Assembly: GCA_038227875.1 (NCBI GenBank) | Contig: JBBRPR010000006.1 | Coordinates: forward strand, 128,001-192,000 | DNA length: 64,000 bases | Source of the DNA: Planctomycetota bacterium | Lineage (GTDB): Bacteria > Planctomycetota > SZUA-567 > H5-PLA8 | Reading direction: 5' to 3' | In this document: positions 9,232 through 18,246 of the stretch, piece by piece | Layout: the number at the start of each line of letters is the position of its first letter | How positions within the stretch are numbered: the first letter of the stretch is position 1 | The notes under the pieces: model-generated | What the model was told of the DNA's origin: nothing | The model's input: the letters and a program-made list of their open reading frames with translations, nothing else | The model's database searches: none | Position numbers and translations under genes: made by a program

Positions 9232-11247
9232 ATGCGAATGCAACTCAATACGGTAGTGCGACTGGGAAGTGCGGCGCTTTTGGCGCTGCTGACGCTGGGT
9301 GTCCATGCCGCGGACGGCGGGATCGATACGCGCCCGGTGGATCCGCATGCTGCCCCCTCTGCGCCCGCTGCACCAGCCACCGATCCTCACGCGCTGGCCG
9401 CGGACCCGCACGCCCCGGCCGCACCGGCCGCTGCCGATCAGGGCAGCGACGAATCGGATCTGCCGCCGGCGATCTTGAAAGGGCCGATGGACTTTTCCGC
9501 CATCGAAATGCTCGCGATCCAGGAAGGCGGACGCAAGAAGCCGCTGCAGACATACGCCATCGAACACATTCAGCAGATCGTCGGCAAGCCGCTCTACCCG
9601 TTCGCCGGCATCACGCCGCACATCAAGGACAAGGAAACCGGCGAAACGCTTTACGCCATGGACATGTTCTGTTCGATGTGGTTTCAGACGCGCGATTGGA
9701 ACAAGTTTCCCTGCATCATGGTCTCCTACGGCCCGCTGCTCGACGAAATGAAACTGCCGCGAACGGAAAAATACGTCAGCCTGGAACAGCTGCAGGCCAG
9801 TGACGCGTTCCGGAAGATCTTCGAAAGCGCGCTCGATAAGCGCCACAAGAATCAGGAAAAGGCCGTCACCGCGCTGGAACAGGAAGCCGAACTGGTCAAG
9901 AAGCGCGCCGACTCCATGCTGGAAATCATCAACGGGTTTGCCGCGCTGAACATCATCCCGCATCCCTCCGACGCCCAGGGCACCTGGATCTCGATGGGCG
10001 CGTTGAAGGACAGTTTCGACGCCAGTTCGACCCGCCAATATTACACGGAAGCCCAGGCGCAGAAGGTGCTCTCCTCGCTCCGCTCCGTGGTCCTGGCCTA
10101 CCGCAAGCGCGAAGAAGGCGCGTTCAGCGCCGCATCGTCGGAGCTCCGCACCTCGCTGATCAATTTAAGCCCCGCGATCTACCCCAGCTACGACGCGCTC
10201 GATCGCGAAGTCAGCTACAACAAACTGCATCCCTTCGGCATCGCATGGCTCAGCTACCTGCTCGCGCTGACGCTGGGCACCGCCTTCTTCAAGTTCAAAG
10301 GCAAGCTCTCCTACCTTGCGCCCATGGGCATCTTCCTGATGGGGCTGACCTTTCACGTCTTCGGCTTTGTCTCGCGCTGTCTGATCGCCGGCCGGCCGCC
10401 GGTCTCTAATATGTACGAATCGGTGGTCTGGGTCGGCTTCGGCGCGGTTTTCTTCAGCATGGTCTTCGAACTGATCTACCGCAAACGCTACTTCATGATC
10501 TGCGGCGCGACGGCCGGATTCCTCTGCCTGGTGTTGATGGACATGCTGCCGGTCGTCACCGGCAACCCTGGCGAACCGGGTTTCAGCTCCGACATCAAGC
10601 CGCTCGTCCCGGTGCTGCGCAACAATTTCTGGCTGACGGTCCACGTGCTGACTATCACGCTCAGCTACGCCGCGTTCCTGCTCACCTGCGTGCTCGCGCA
10701 CGTCACACTCTACCGCCACTTCATGGACCCCGGCGCGAAGGACAACCAGCGCGAACTCCATCAGTACATCTACCGCGCGATGCAAGTCGGCGTGCTGCTG
10801 ATCGCCTGCGGCACGATCCTCGGCGGCGTCTGGGCCTACTATTCGTGGGGGCGCTTCTGGGGTTGGGACCCGAAGGAAACGTGGGCGTTCATCACGCTGA
10901 TGTGCTACCTCGTGGTGCTGCACGGACGCTTCAGCGGCCTGTGGAGCAACTTCGGCTTAAGCCTCGGCGCGGTCTTCTGCTTCAACTCCGTGGTGATGGC
11001 CTGGTACGGCGTGAACTTCGTCCTCGGCAGCGGTCTGCATGCCTACGGCGCGGGTGCCGGTGGGCAGGGCTGGGTGCTGAGCGCCGTGGTCCTCGACCTG
11101 ATCTTCGCAGTCTCCACGTGGATCCGCTACGCGTCCTACCACAGCGCGGTCAAGCAGACGGAAGAACTGAAACTCACAACCACCGATCCCATCGAGGAAG
11201 TCCGCTCGCTGGGTGACGACAGCGGCGAGTCCCTGGCCGCGAAGTAA
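9232..11247 (+). CDS. ccsA: Cytochrome c biogenesis protein CcsA/ResC (system II heme lyase)
   Basis: WWD motif WAYYSWGRFWGWDPKETW; RPPVSNMYES, WLTVHV, GLHAY. Confidence 0.92.
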   Translation: MRMQLNTVVRLGSAALLALLTLGVHAADGGIDTRPVDPHAAPSAPAAPATDPHALAADPHAPAAPAAADQGSDESDLPPAILKGPMDFSAIEMLAIQEGGRKKPLQTYAIEHIQQIVGKPLYPFAGITPHIKDKETGETLYAMDMFCSMWFQTRDWNKFPCIMVSYGPLLDEMKLPRTEKYVSLEQLQASDAFRKIFESALDKRHKNQEKAVTALEQEAELVKKRADSMLEIINGFAALNIIPHPSDAQGTWISMGALKDSFDASSTRQYYTEAQAQKVLSSLRSVVLAYRKREEGAFSAASSELRTSLINLSPAIYPSYDALDREVSYNKLHPFGIAWLSYLLALTLGTAFFKFKGKLSYLAPMGIFLMGLTFHVFGFVSRCLIAGRPPVSNMYESVVWVGFGAVFFSMVFELIYRKRYFMICGATAGFLCLVLMDMLPVVTGNPGEPGFSSDIKPLVPVLRNNFWLTVHVLTITLSYAAFLLTCVLAHVTLYRHFMDPGAKDNQRELHQYIYRAMQVGVLLIACGTILGGVWAYYSWGRFWGWDPKETWAFITLMCYLVVLHGRFSGLWSNFGLSLGAVFCFNSVVMAWYGVNFVLGSGLHAYGAGAGGQGWVLSAVVLDLIFAVSTWIRYASYHSAVKQTEELKLTTTDPIEEVRSLGDDSGESLAAK

Positions 11248-11249
11248 TC

Positions 11250-11424
11250 GTAGTCCGGGCGTCCCGCCCGGTCTAACTGTCCACGATGGAGTGAACGTCG
11301 ATATCTCGGTTCGGCAAATCTACCGCGAAGCAATATTGCGTTGCTTCGCAATAGATAACGTCCATCGAACGACTGATCGGTTTCACTTATGCTGTGGTCA
11401 GACCGGGCGGGACGCCGGGACTAC
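11250..11424. mobile_element. REP-doublet/MITE-like element, copy 1
   Basis: Terminal IRs GTAGTCCGGGCGTCCCGCCCGGTCTAAC ... GTCAGACCGGGCGGGACGCCGGGACTAC. Confidence 0.8.
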
Positions 11425-11889
11425 AAACAGCTCCGTGATCTTCGCCCGGCGGTAGTCAAAGATCTTCTCGACGTCGCGCCGCACGATCGGCAGCACGAAC
11501 CACCGGCCCAGAAATCCCAGCGGCACCACGTAGCGGACATGATCGATCACATTGGTGCCACCGCGGACGGATTCAAATAGATGCGTGTGGTGCCAGAGCG
11601 CGTAGGGACCGCGCACTTGCGTGTCGACGAAGCGTTCGTTGGGCCGCCACTCTTCAATCCGCGATTGCCAGCGCACCGGCACGCCGCGCAGGCGGAGTTT
11701 GTAGTCGATCAGCGTGCCTTCCGTAATCTCCGGCGTACTTTTGCCCAGCACGTGAAAATGCAGAAACGGCGGCGTGATGACTTCGAGGTTCTTCTCGTCG
11801 GCGAAGAACGGGAAAACCTTCTCAACGGGCAGTGGCAGCCACTGTTCGGTGTGCAGGACGCTGCCTGTTTCGGATTCAGATTTCGACAT
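11398..11889 (-). CDS. SRPBCC family (START-like) protein
   Basis: VFPFFADEKNLEVITPP, FVDTQVRGPY..WHHTH.F, DHVRY, IFDYR. Confidence 0.88.
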   Translation of the reverse strand: MSKSESETGSVLHTEQWLPLPVEKVFPFFADEKNLEVITPPFLHFHVLGKSTPEITEGTLIDYKLRLRGVPVRWQSRIEEWRPNERFVDTQVRGPYALWHHTHLFESVRGGTNVIDHVRYVVPLGFLGRWFVLPIVRRDVEKIFDYRRAKITELFVVPASRPV

Positions 11890-11957
11890 GAGTGTTTCTA
11901 GGCTGCTGGACTCCCGTTGCGGCTGTAAGTAGCATAGCGTTCAAGGGAGCGGATTGC

Positions 11958-12794
11958 ATGCTGACATTGACGCGCAAAGTCACGTTCACTGCCGGGCACA
12001 TCTACCGTGGCGGCGGACTTTCCACGGCGGAGCTGCAACAGGTCTTCGGCGTCGCTGCCGAGCCCAGCGGACACGGGCACAACTACGTGCTGGAAGTCAG
12101 CGTCGAAGGCCCGGTCAATCCGATCGACGGCATGGTCATCAACATCAAGGATGTCGACGCGAACTTAAAGCGGATTCTCTCCGACATCGACCACCGCCTG
12201 CTCAACACCGCGCTCCCCGAATTCGCCGACGCCGTGCCGACCACCGAAGTCCTCGCGCAGGTCCTCTGGAAACGCCTGCCGGCCGTGATGGGTTCGGCAC
12301 GCTGCACCTCCCTGCGCCTGGAAGAACATCCGGGCTTTCACATCGAACTATTCGGAGCCGAACCGAACATGGTCCACCTCACGCGCTCGATCGAATTCGC
12401 CGCCTCGCATCGGCTCCATTCCGAAAAACTCTCGGCGGAAGAGAACATCCGCATCTACGGCAAATGCAACAACCTCCACGGCCACGGCCACAACTACGTC
12501 GCGGAGATCACCGTCAAAGGCGAACCGGATGCGCGCACGGGCATCGTCATCGACGTCGGCAAGTTCGAGACGCTGCTTGAACAGGAAATCGAAACGCGCT
12601 TCGACCACAAGCATCTGAACTTCGACACGTCATTCTTCAAGGACCAGGTCGCCACCGCCGAGAACATCGCGATCGTGATCTGGAAGCTCCTCGACGGCAA
12701 AATCCAGTCCTGCCGCGACGGCGGCACCGTGAAGCTGCACCGCGTCCGCCTGATCGAAACGGCGCGGAGCTGGTTCGATTACTTCGGCTCTTAG
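11958..12794 (+). CDS. Tandem-domain 6-pyruvoyl-tetrahydropterin synthase / QueD family
   Basis: Two T-fold repeats, each with GHGHNY, D-G(M/I)VI, DH+xLN and TxExxA; second domain has GKCNNLHGHGHNY. Confidence 0.9.
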   Translation: MLTLTRKVTFTAGHIYRGGGLSTAELQQVFGVAAEPSGHGHNYVLEVSVEGPVNPIDGMVINIKDVDANLKRILSDIDHRLLNTALPEFADAVPTTEVLAQVLWKRLPAVMGSARCTSLRLEEHPGFHIELFGAEPNMVHLTRSIEFAASHRLHSEKLSAEENIRIYGKCNNLHGHGHNYVAEITVKGEPDARTGIVIDVGKFETLLEQEIETRFDHKHLNFDTSFFKDQVATAENIAIVIWKLLDGKIQSCRDGGTVKLHRVRLIETARSWFDYFGS

Positions 12795-12866
12795 ACAATT
12801 GCAGGTGGATGCAAACCGGAATTTTGCATTCGAAAAAGCGGGAAAACGGGTCAAACTAGGTGTTCT

Positions 12867-13298
12867 ATGGCTATCGAACTGCCCGATGACAAACCGCTGG
12901 TCGCACCCGGCGAGGCCGCCAAACCGGAAGACTCCATGCGCCTGATCGCGCAGGGCGGCACGGCCGTGACCAATGCCGTGAAGGTCACCGGCAAAGAGAA
13001 GTTTGAGTTCATGGTGCTCTACTGCCTGCGCCTGCTGAACCAGGCGCCCAAGGGCGAAATCTGCGGCTTCTACCAGACGGATTTCGACGACTGCGACGAG
13101 CACACGATGCGGGTGATCCAGAAGCTGATCGGCCGCAGCGGTTTCATCTGCAGCGACTTCATCGACCCCAACACAAAGAAGTACAACGGCTTCTGGGCCT
13201 GGCGCAAGAAGGACCCCGCCGCCGCTGCCCCCGCCCCCGCCGCGGGAAATCCTCCGCCTCAATCACCTCCGCAGCCTCCGAAGATTCGTGAGTTCTAA
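12867..13298 (+). CDS. Hypothetical protein with Pro-rich tail
   Basis: 143-aa ORF with host-like codon usage; no recognised motif. Confidence 0.7.
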   Translation: MAIELPDDKPLVAPGEAAKPEDSMRLIAQGGTAVTNAVKVTGKEKFEFMVLYCLRLLNQAPKGEICGFYQTDFDDCDEHTMRVIQKLIGRSGFICSDFIDPNTKKYNGFWAWRKKDPAAAAPAPAAGNPPPQSPPQPPKIREF

Positions 13299-13460
13299 GC
13301 GCATCGTTGCGCGTCACAATAAGGTGCGATTGTGTGTCCAGGAGCAAGCGCTGTATGCTTGCTCCTTGACGCACAGCCGCCCGCCTTGCCATTGACGTTC
13401 AATATTCTTCGAATACCGTCAAGACATTCCCAATTACAAATTCAACCACGGAGTCTTTTC

Positions 13461-14507
13461 ATGAAAAAGCTCGGAGCTGTGCTGGCGCTGGTTCTAGTGA
13501 GTGCGGTTGCACTGTTGGCCGGATGCGGCGCACCGAGTACGCCGACGACACCAACCACGGGCGGCGGAGACACCAAGCCGGTCGAGAAGGCCGGCGACTT
13601 TAAAGTCGCGCTGGTCACGCCGGGAGAAGTCACCGACGGCGGGTGGAGTCAGAGCGCTTACGACGGTCTCCAGAAAATTCACACCGAACTGAATGTGCCG
13701 GTCAATAACGCCGTCGCCGACGCGCCGGCCAAAGCCTTCGCGGCGTTCCGCGACTTTGCCGGGCAGGACTACAGCCTCGTCATCGGCCACGCCAGCGAAT
13801 GGTACGCGCCGGAAACCTTGAAGATCGCCGAGCAGCATCCCAAGACCACGTTCCTGATTTCCGGCGGCGAGAACGCGCAGGGCAACGTCGCCTGCATGCG
13901 CTTCCAGCTCGAAGACGCCTGCTACGTGCTCGGCCAGATCGCCGCGTCGATGAGCAAGTCCAACAAGATCGGCGTCGTCGGACCGGAGAAGGTCGCTGTG
14001 ATCGAAAGCACCTTCTTTGCGTTCGAACAGGGCGCGAAGTCGGTGAAGAAGGACATCGAAGTCACCATCGTCTGGACGCAGGACGGCAAGGACATCGCCC
14101 GCGCCAAGGAACGGACGCTGATCCTGATCGACCAGGGCTGCGACTTTATTTTTCACAACGCCAACAATGGCGCGGCCGGCGTCTTCCAGGCGGTGCAGGA
14201 GAAGAAGGACAAGGGCGTGCTCGCCTTTGGCGCCAACGCCGACCAGTCGTCGATGGCTCCCGATGTGATCCTGGCTTCGGCGGCAATCGATATCTCTGGC
14301 GCATTTGTCAGCCTCGCCAAGAGCGTCAAGGACGGCTCGTTCAAAAGCGAAGTGCAGTTCATCGGCATGAAACAGAACGGCGTCTCCGTGGTCTACAATC
14401 CCAAAATTGAGAGCAAGATTCCCGCGGACGTAAAAAAGCTGGCCGAAGAGACGATAAAGAAGATCAAGGCTGGCGACTTCAAGGTTCCCCGGCAGAATAT
14501 GAAGTAG
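13461..14507 (+). CDS. BMP/PnrA family substrate-binding lipoprotein
   Basis: Lipobox LAGC; KVALVTPG..DGGWSQSAYDGL, LVIGH, SKSNKIG, LIDQGCD, GVFQA. Confidence 0.9.
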   Translation: MKKLGAVLALVLVSAVALLAGCGAPSTPTTPTTGGGDTKPVEKAGDFKVALVTPGEVTDGGWSQSAYDGLQKIHTELNVPVNNAVADAPAKAFAAFRDFAGQDYSLVIGHASEWYAPETLKIAEQHPKTTFLISGGENAQGNVACMRFQLEDACYVLGQIAASMSKSNKIGVVGPEKVAVIESTFFAFEQGAKSVKKDIEVTIVWTQDGKDIARAKERTLILIDQGCDFIFHNANNGAAGVFQAVQEKKDKGVLAFGANADQSSMAPDVILASAAIDISGAFVSLAKSVKDGSFKSEVQFIGMKQNGVSVVYNPKIESKIPADVKKLAEETIKKIKAGDFKVPRQNMK

Positions 14508-14519
14508 CTGCCGATTTCG

Positions 14520-14535
14520 TGGCACGAAAATTGCA
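14520..14535 (+). promoter_or_regulatory. Putative sigma54 promoter
   Basis: TGGCAC-GAAAA-TTGCA is a full consensus match, ~60 bp before the ATG at 14594. Confidence 0.65.
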
Positions 14536-14593
14536 CCTTGAATCAGCAACGAATAGCTCTGTCTCAATTTGACACGTACGCAGGATCCCACCC

Positions 14594-15091
14594 ATGTCAC
14601 GCATCCCGATTTTCATCGAAGTTCCCGAAGCCACGAAGGACGCCAATATCTGCGTCAAGGCCGTGCAGGTGTTATTGGAGCAGAAAATCGAACCGGTGGG
14701 ATTGGCGACACATCTACCTGAACTCACGGATGTCCTGAAGCAGCTGCGCGAACACGGCCTGGAAGCCGCGGTCTTCATCATCAATACTTTCAAGGCCAAA
14801 GAGATCATCGCCCAGCTAGACCCGATGATGGGCGAAGTGCCCGCCGTCTTCCTCCGCCGCGCCATGTTCGCCGGCCAGAGCGGACTCATGGATCACATGC
14901 CCGACCCGAGCCGCCCTCTCGGCAGCACCATGACGACCTTAAAAAACATGACGCCGCGCCTCACGTCCATCTGGACCTACGGCGCGAAGAACGTCGACCA
15001 GGTCTCCCAGCGCATCGTTCGCTGCACGCAGAAATTCGTCGCCGACGGAAATTTCAAGCATTACGAGATTGAGAATAAGGCGGGCGGCTAG
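14594..15091 (+). CDS. Hypothetical protein, receiver-like alpha/beta pattern; paralog of 50803-51324
   Basis: Aligns by eye over its whole length with the 50803 ORF (FIEV, FI.NTF, LDP.MGE.P, RR, NMTPR, W..GAKN, DG.F). Confidence 0.85.
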   Translation: MSRIPIFIEVPEATKDANICVKAVQVLLEQKIEPVGLATHLPELTDVLKQLREHGLEAAVFIINTFKAKEIIAQLDPMMGEVPAVFLRRAMFAGQSGLMDHMPDPSRPLGSTMTTLKNMTPRLTSIWTYGAKNVDQVSQRIVRCTQKFVADGNFKHYEIENKAGG

Positions 15092-15102
15092 AACGGCGAA
15101 CG

Positions 15103-15180
15103 GCGGAAATCGGGATTAGGGAATCGGAATTCGCCGCGCATTGCGTTCGGCGAATTCCCATTCCCGAATTCAGATTCCGC
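15103..15180. repeat. Heptamer (GGGATTC-type) inverted-repeat hairpin between convergent genes
   Basis: Arms of degenerate CGGGATT repeats around TTCGCCG...CGGCGAA. Confidence 0.75.
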
Positions 15181-15183
15181 GTA

Positions 15184-17265
15184 TTACGGCTTCACTTCCC
15201 GCTCAACCTTGCCGTCCTGAACATGCACCGACGTCGTCCGGTTGATGCGGCGCTTGTCTTCGGAGACGAAGCGGGCTTCCAGCGAGTCGCGTTGCGGATG
15301 GAGGAGGAACGGGACGTTCTCTTCCTTCAGCACGAAGTCACCCTGCCCCATGCCCTTGCCGTATTGCCAGTTGCCCTTCAATTTCACGTCCCACAGCTGC
15401 GGCACGCCGGCGGTGACTTCGATCTGGGACTCAAACGGGTGCTGCGAATTCTGCGAGTGCGAGGCGTCGAGCTGCAGGCCGATGGCGCCCACGTCAGTGG
15501 TGCGGTTGGCGTGCTCGAGCGTGCCGGATTCGAGTTTGAAATTCTTCAGGCGCGTCGTCTTCCAGTGCAGCTTCGGTGAGAGCTCGAACTGCACGTCAGC
15601 TTCGCCGTGAAGTGAAAGATCGTGGAACTGCCAGGGCGTATCGGTGCCGAACATCGCCACCAGCGCGTCCCAGAACGGTCCGAAGTTCGAATGCGTGGCC
15701 GACACCGCGGGCTGCGACTTGGGATTGCCGTAGATTAGCCCGGCGCCGTCGTCGAGGTTCACGGTATCAAAATGGAGCAGCAAGTCGCGGCCGAAGCGGC
15801 CTTTCGCGTACATGTGACCGGAGACGTTCTGCATGCCGACGGGAAGCAGATCGGGCTTGGGGAAATGGCGTGCGTCAGCTTCGACTTCAAATTCCGCCCA
15901 GGGCAGCTTGCGGGCGGCGACGGTTGCATTGTCGACGACGAGATAATCTTTGACGATCGACTTGAAGCGCCAGAGCGACTGGCGGAACTCGAGCTTCGCG
16001 GAATCGCCGCCGCGCGGCTCGATCAGCATTTCATACGAGCGCATGCCGTCCTTTTCGCGCGCGGTACGGGTTTCGAAGCTGAGCTGATCGCCAAGGAATC
16101 CGCGGACCACGATCCGGCATGGGCGGCCCTGGGTATCGGTCTCGACGGCGCCTTTCAACGATTCCAGCGGCGGAAACTGCGCATCGCCGCGGCTGCCGGT
16201 GAACGCGCTGCCGGCGCCTTCGTCGCAGGCAAATTCCAGCTTGCCGTCGATCATGTGAAAGTGGACGCGGCCGTTGTGCCCGGTTTTGATGCGGTCGACC
16301 TGCATCCAGCGCGGCCAGATGCTTTCGTCTTTCTCCGCGCCCAGCAGCTGGTCGAGGAAATACGGCAGCGCCTGGCCTTCCACCTTTTCGGGAGACGGCA
16401 GGCGGAATTCCAGATCGCGGTATCCGACTTCGCCGTCGCATGCGAACGCTTTCGTCGCCGTCGCCGGCTGAATGGCGATGCGCAGCGAAGTTACGATGCC
16501 TTCCGCGCCCATCTCGCCGGAGAAGAGCGAACGGACGAGCAGGCCCACGGGATCGAGCTTGTCGCCGAAGGGCTTCTTGTCCATCGCGACGACATCGCGC
16601 GTGTTGAGCTGGATGTTTTCGCCGGTCAGCTGCCACTGCCCGTCTTCCAGCGTTTCGAGCTTCAAATTGAACGGCTTGCCGTTGAGTTCCCGCAAGCTGA
16701 ATGCGACGCGGACATCTTCCAGCGCACCGCTGCGGATTTCGCCGCTGCAGCCGGTCAGCTGCACGGGCGTGATGTCGCCGATGTTCAGTTTCAAATTGCA
16801 GTTCTGAAATTCGATCGGAAACGGCGGCCCCTTGGGCTGCCAGAGCTTGCCGTTCTGGAGAAAACCCTGCGAGACGGTCACTTCCGTATCCTTCATTCCA
16901 TCCACGGTCAGCTTGCGGACGTTTGGCGGCCACGGAAAAAGATCGACCTTCAGCGTGACATGATCGGCCGAGAGGCCTGAGATCTTGTCGTTGGGGTTGG
17001 CCGAATCGAGCGGGTAGATGTTCTCGCGGTGCAGATCGGAGACCACCAGCGCGCCTTCATGCCAGTCGAAGACGACGGATTTGAAGGTGTGCTGTCCCTG
17101 GCTGTCGAGATTGGAGAGCGCGCCGCGCAGCAGTTCTTCCTTGCCGCCGGCCTTCATGTACCCGGCAAACGCCGCCAGCACGCTGACCAGTCCTGCCAGA
17201 AACATCAGCAGTCCCTGCCAGGCGTGAACATAATACGCAACGCGAAGTCGAGGAGTCCATTCCAT
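15184..17265 (-). CDS. Large beta-rich hypothetical protein with N-terminal membrane anchor
   Basis: 693-aa ORF, one TM near the N-terminus, alternating beta-strand patterns; possibly AsmA-like (inference). Confidence 0.75.
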   Translation of the reverse strand: MEWTPRLRVAYYVHAWQGLLMFLAGLVSVLAAFAGYMKAGGKEELLRGALSNLDSQGQHTFKSVVFDWHEGALVVSDLHRENIYPLDSANPNDKISGLSADHVTLKVDLFPWPPNVRKLTVDGMKDTEVTVSQGFLQNGKLWQPKGPPFPIEFQNCNLKLNIGDITPVQLTGCSGEIRSGALEDVRVAFSLRELNGKPFNLKLETLEDGQWQLTGENIQLNTRDVVAMDKKPFGDKLDPVGLLVRSLFSGEMGAEGIVTSLRIAIQPATATKAFACDGEVGYRDLEFRLPSPEKVEGQALPYFLDQLLGAEKDESIWPRWMQVDRIKTGHNGRVHFHMIDGKLEFACDEGAGSAFTGSRGDAQFPPLESLKGAVETDTQGRPCRIVVRGFLGDQLSFETRTAREKDGMRSYEMLIEPRGGDSAKLEFRQSLWRFKSIVKDYLVVDNATVAARKLPWAEFEVEADARHFPKPDLLPVGMQNVSGHMYAKGRFGRDLLLHFDTVNLDDGAGLIYGNPKSQPAVSATHSNFGPFWDALVAMFGTDTPWQFHDLSLHGEADVQFELSPKLHWKTTRLKNFKLESGTLEHANRTTDVGAIGLQLDASHSQNSQHPFESQIEVTAGVPQLWDVKLKGNWQYGKGMGQGDFVLKEENVPFLLHPQRDSLEARFVSEDKRRINRTTSVHVQDGKVEREVKP

Positions 17266-17320
17266 TCGCGCGAGTATAAGCGGGGATGAAGTAACGGCAA
17301 GCTTCGTGGAGGAAGTGGAT

Positions 17321-17408
17321 CATTTTCCATTTTCCATTCGGTCATTTTTCATTTTCCAATAACGGGAGCGTGGGACGCGCGCTTTCGTAATGGGAAAATG
17401 GAAAATGA
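17321..17408. repeat. Heptamer (CATTTTC/GAAAATG) inverted repeat
   Basis: CATTTTCCATTTTCCATT ... TGGGAAAATGGAAAATGA. Confidence 0.7.
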
Positions 17409-17442
17409 TTCCCCTCTCCCTCTCCGTTACTCTCGTTCCGCA

Positions 17443-18171
17443 ATGGACGCGACTTCACTCTACTGGTTCGGGGCGCTCGGCTTCGTCGTGGCTTCGATTG
17501 TCATTGGCATGGCCACGGGAATCCTGCGCCGCCGCTCGCGGATGAAAACAATTCCAAGCAATGCGTCGGATGGGTGGCAACTCCTTCAAATTCAATCGCG
17601 TCGGCAAAGATATTTGGCCGGGCTTTACATATTCTGTACGACTGGCCTGCCTCTGATCGGGTTGTCGGCACATTGGTATTCGCGACAGGAGTTAAATGGC
17701 GGTGGTCGCGCTTTCGTAATACTCTCCGCCGTCCTTGCTTCGGCAGAAGTAATCTGGCTCATTCGATCTTTTCTCGACTACAGATATACCGGCGACGCGC
17801 GCGTTCAACTGAGTTGCGCGACGCCGCTCAAGCGCGACGACGACTTCACACTTCGCATCAACATCCCAGCTCGCGACGCCGCACCCGCGGAAATCGTCGG
17901 GCGCATCGTCTGCATCGAACACGCGGTCGTCCACTTTGGCCGCTTCACGCACATGAAACACACCACCGTCCGCGAGATTCCGCTGAATCTCGCCGCCGCG
18001 CGCTCGGCCGACGGGCGTCTCGCTGGAGAAATCCGCGTGCGCATCCCCGCCGAAAATTGCCCGCCGTCCGGACGCGGCAAATCGTTCAACCACACCTACG
18101 AGTGGCAGCTCCGCGTCGACCTCGCCGGCGGCAAGAACGCGCAGAGCGTCTTTCCGCTCGACGTTATGTAG
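17443..18171 (+). CDS. Hypothetical membrane protein (3 TM plus beta-sandwich C-domain)
   Basis: Three hydrophobic segments, then an arrestin-like beta pattern ending YEWQLRVDL...FPLDV. Confidence 0.7.
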   Translation: MDATSLYWFGALGFVVASIVIGMATGILRRRSRMKTIPSNASDGWQLLQIQSRRQRYLAGLYIFCTTGLPLIGLSAHWYSRQELNGGGRAFVILSAVLASAEVIWLIRSFLDYRYTGDARVQLSCATPLKRDDDFTLRINIPARDAAPAEIVGRIVCIEHAVVHFGRFTHMKHTTVREIPLNLAAARSADGRLAGEIRVRIPAENCPPSGRGKSFNHTYEWQLRVDLAGGKNAQSVFPLDVM

Positions 18172-18246
18172 GGTTGTTTACGCGTGATGAGTTTTAACCA
18201 CATGGACAATTGTCCATATGGTACAGACCTAGTACGCGATTTTTAC

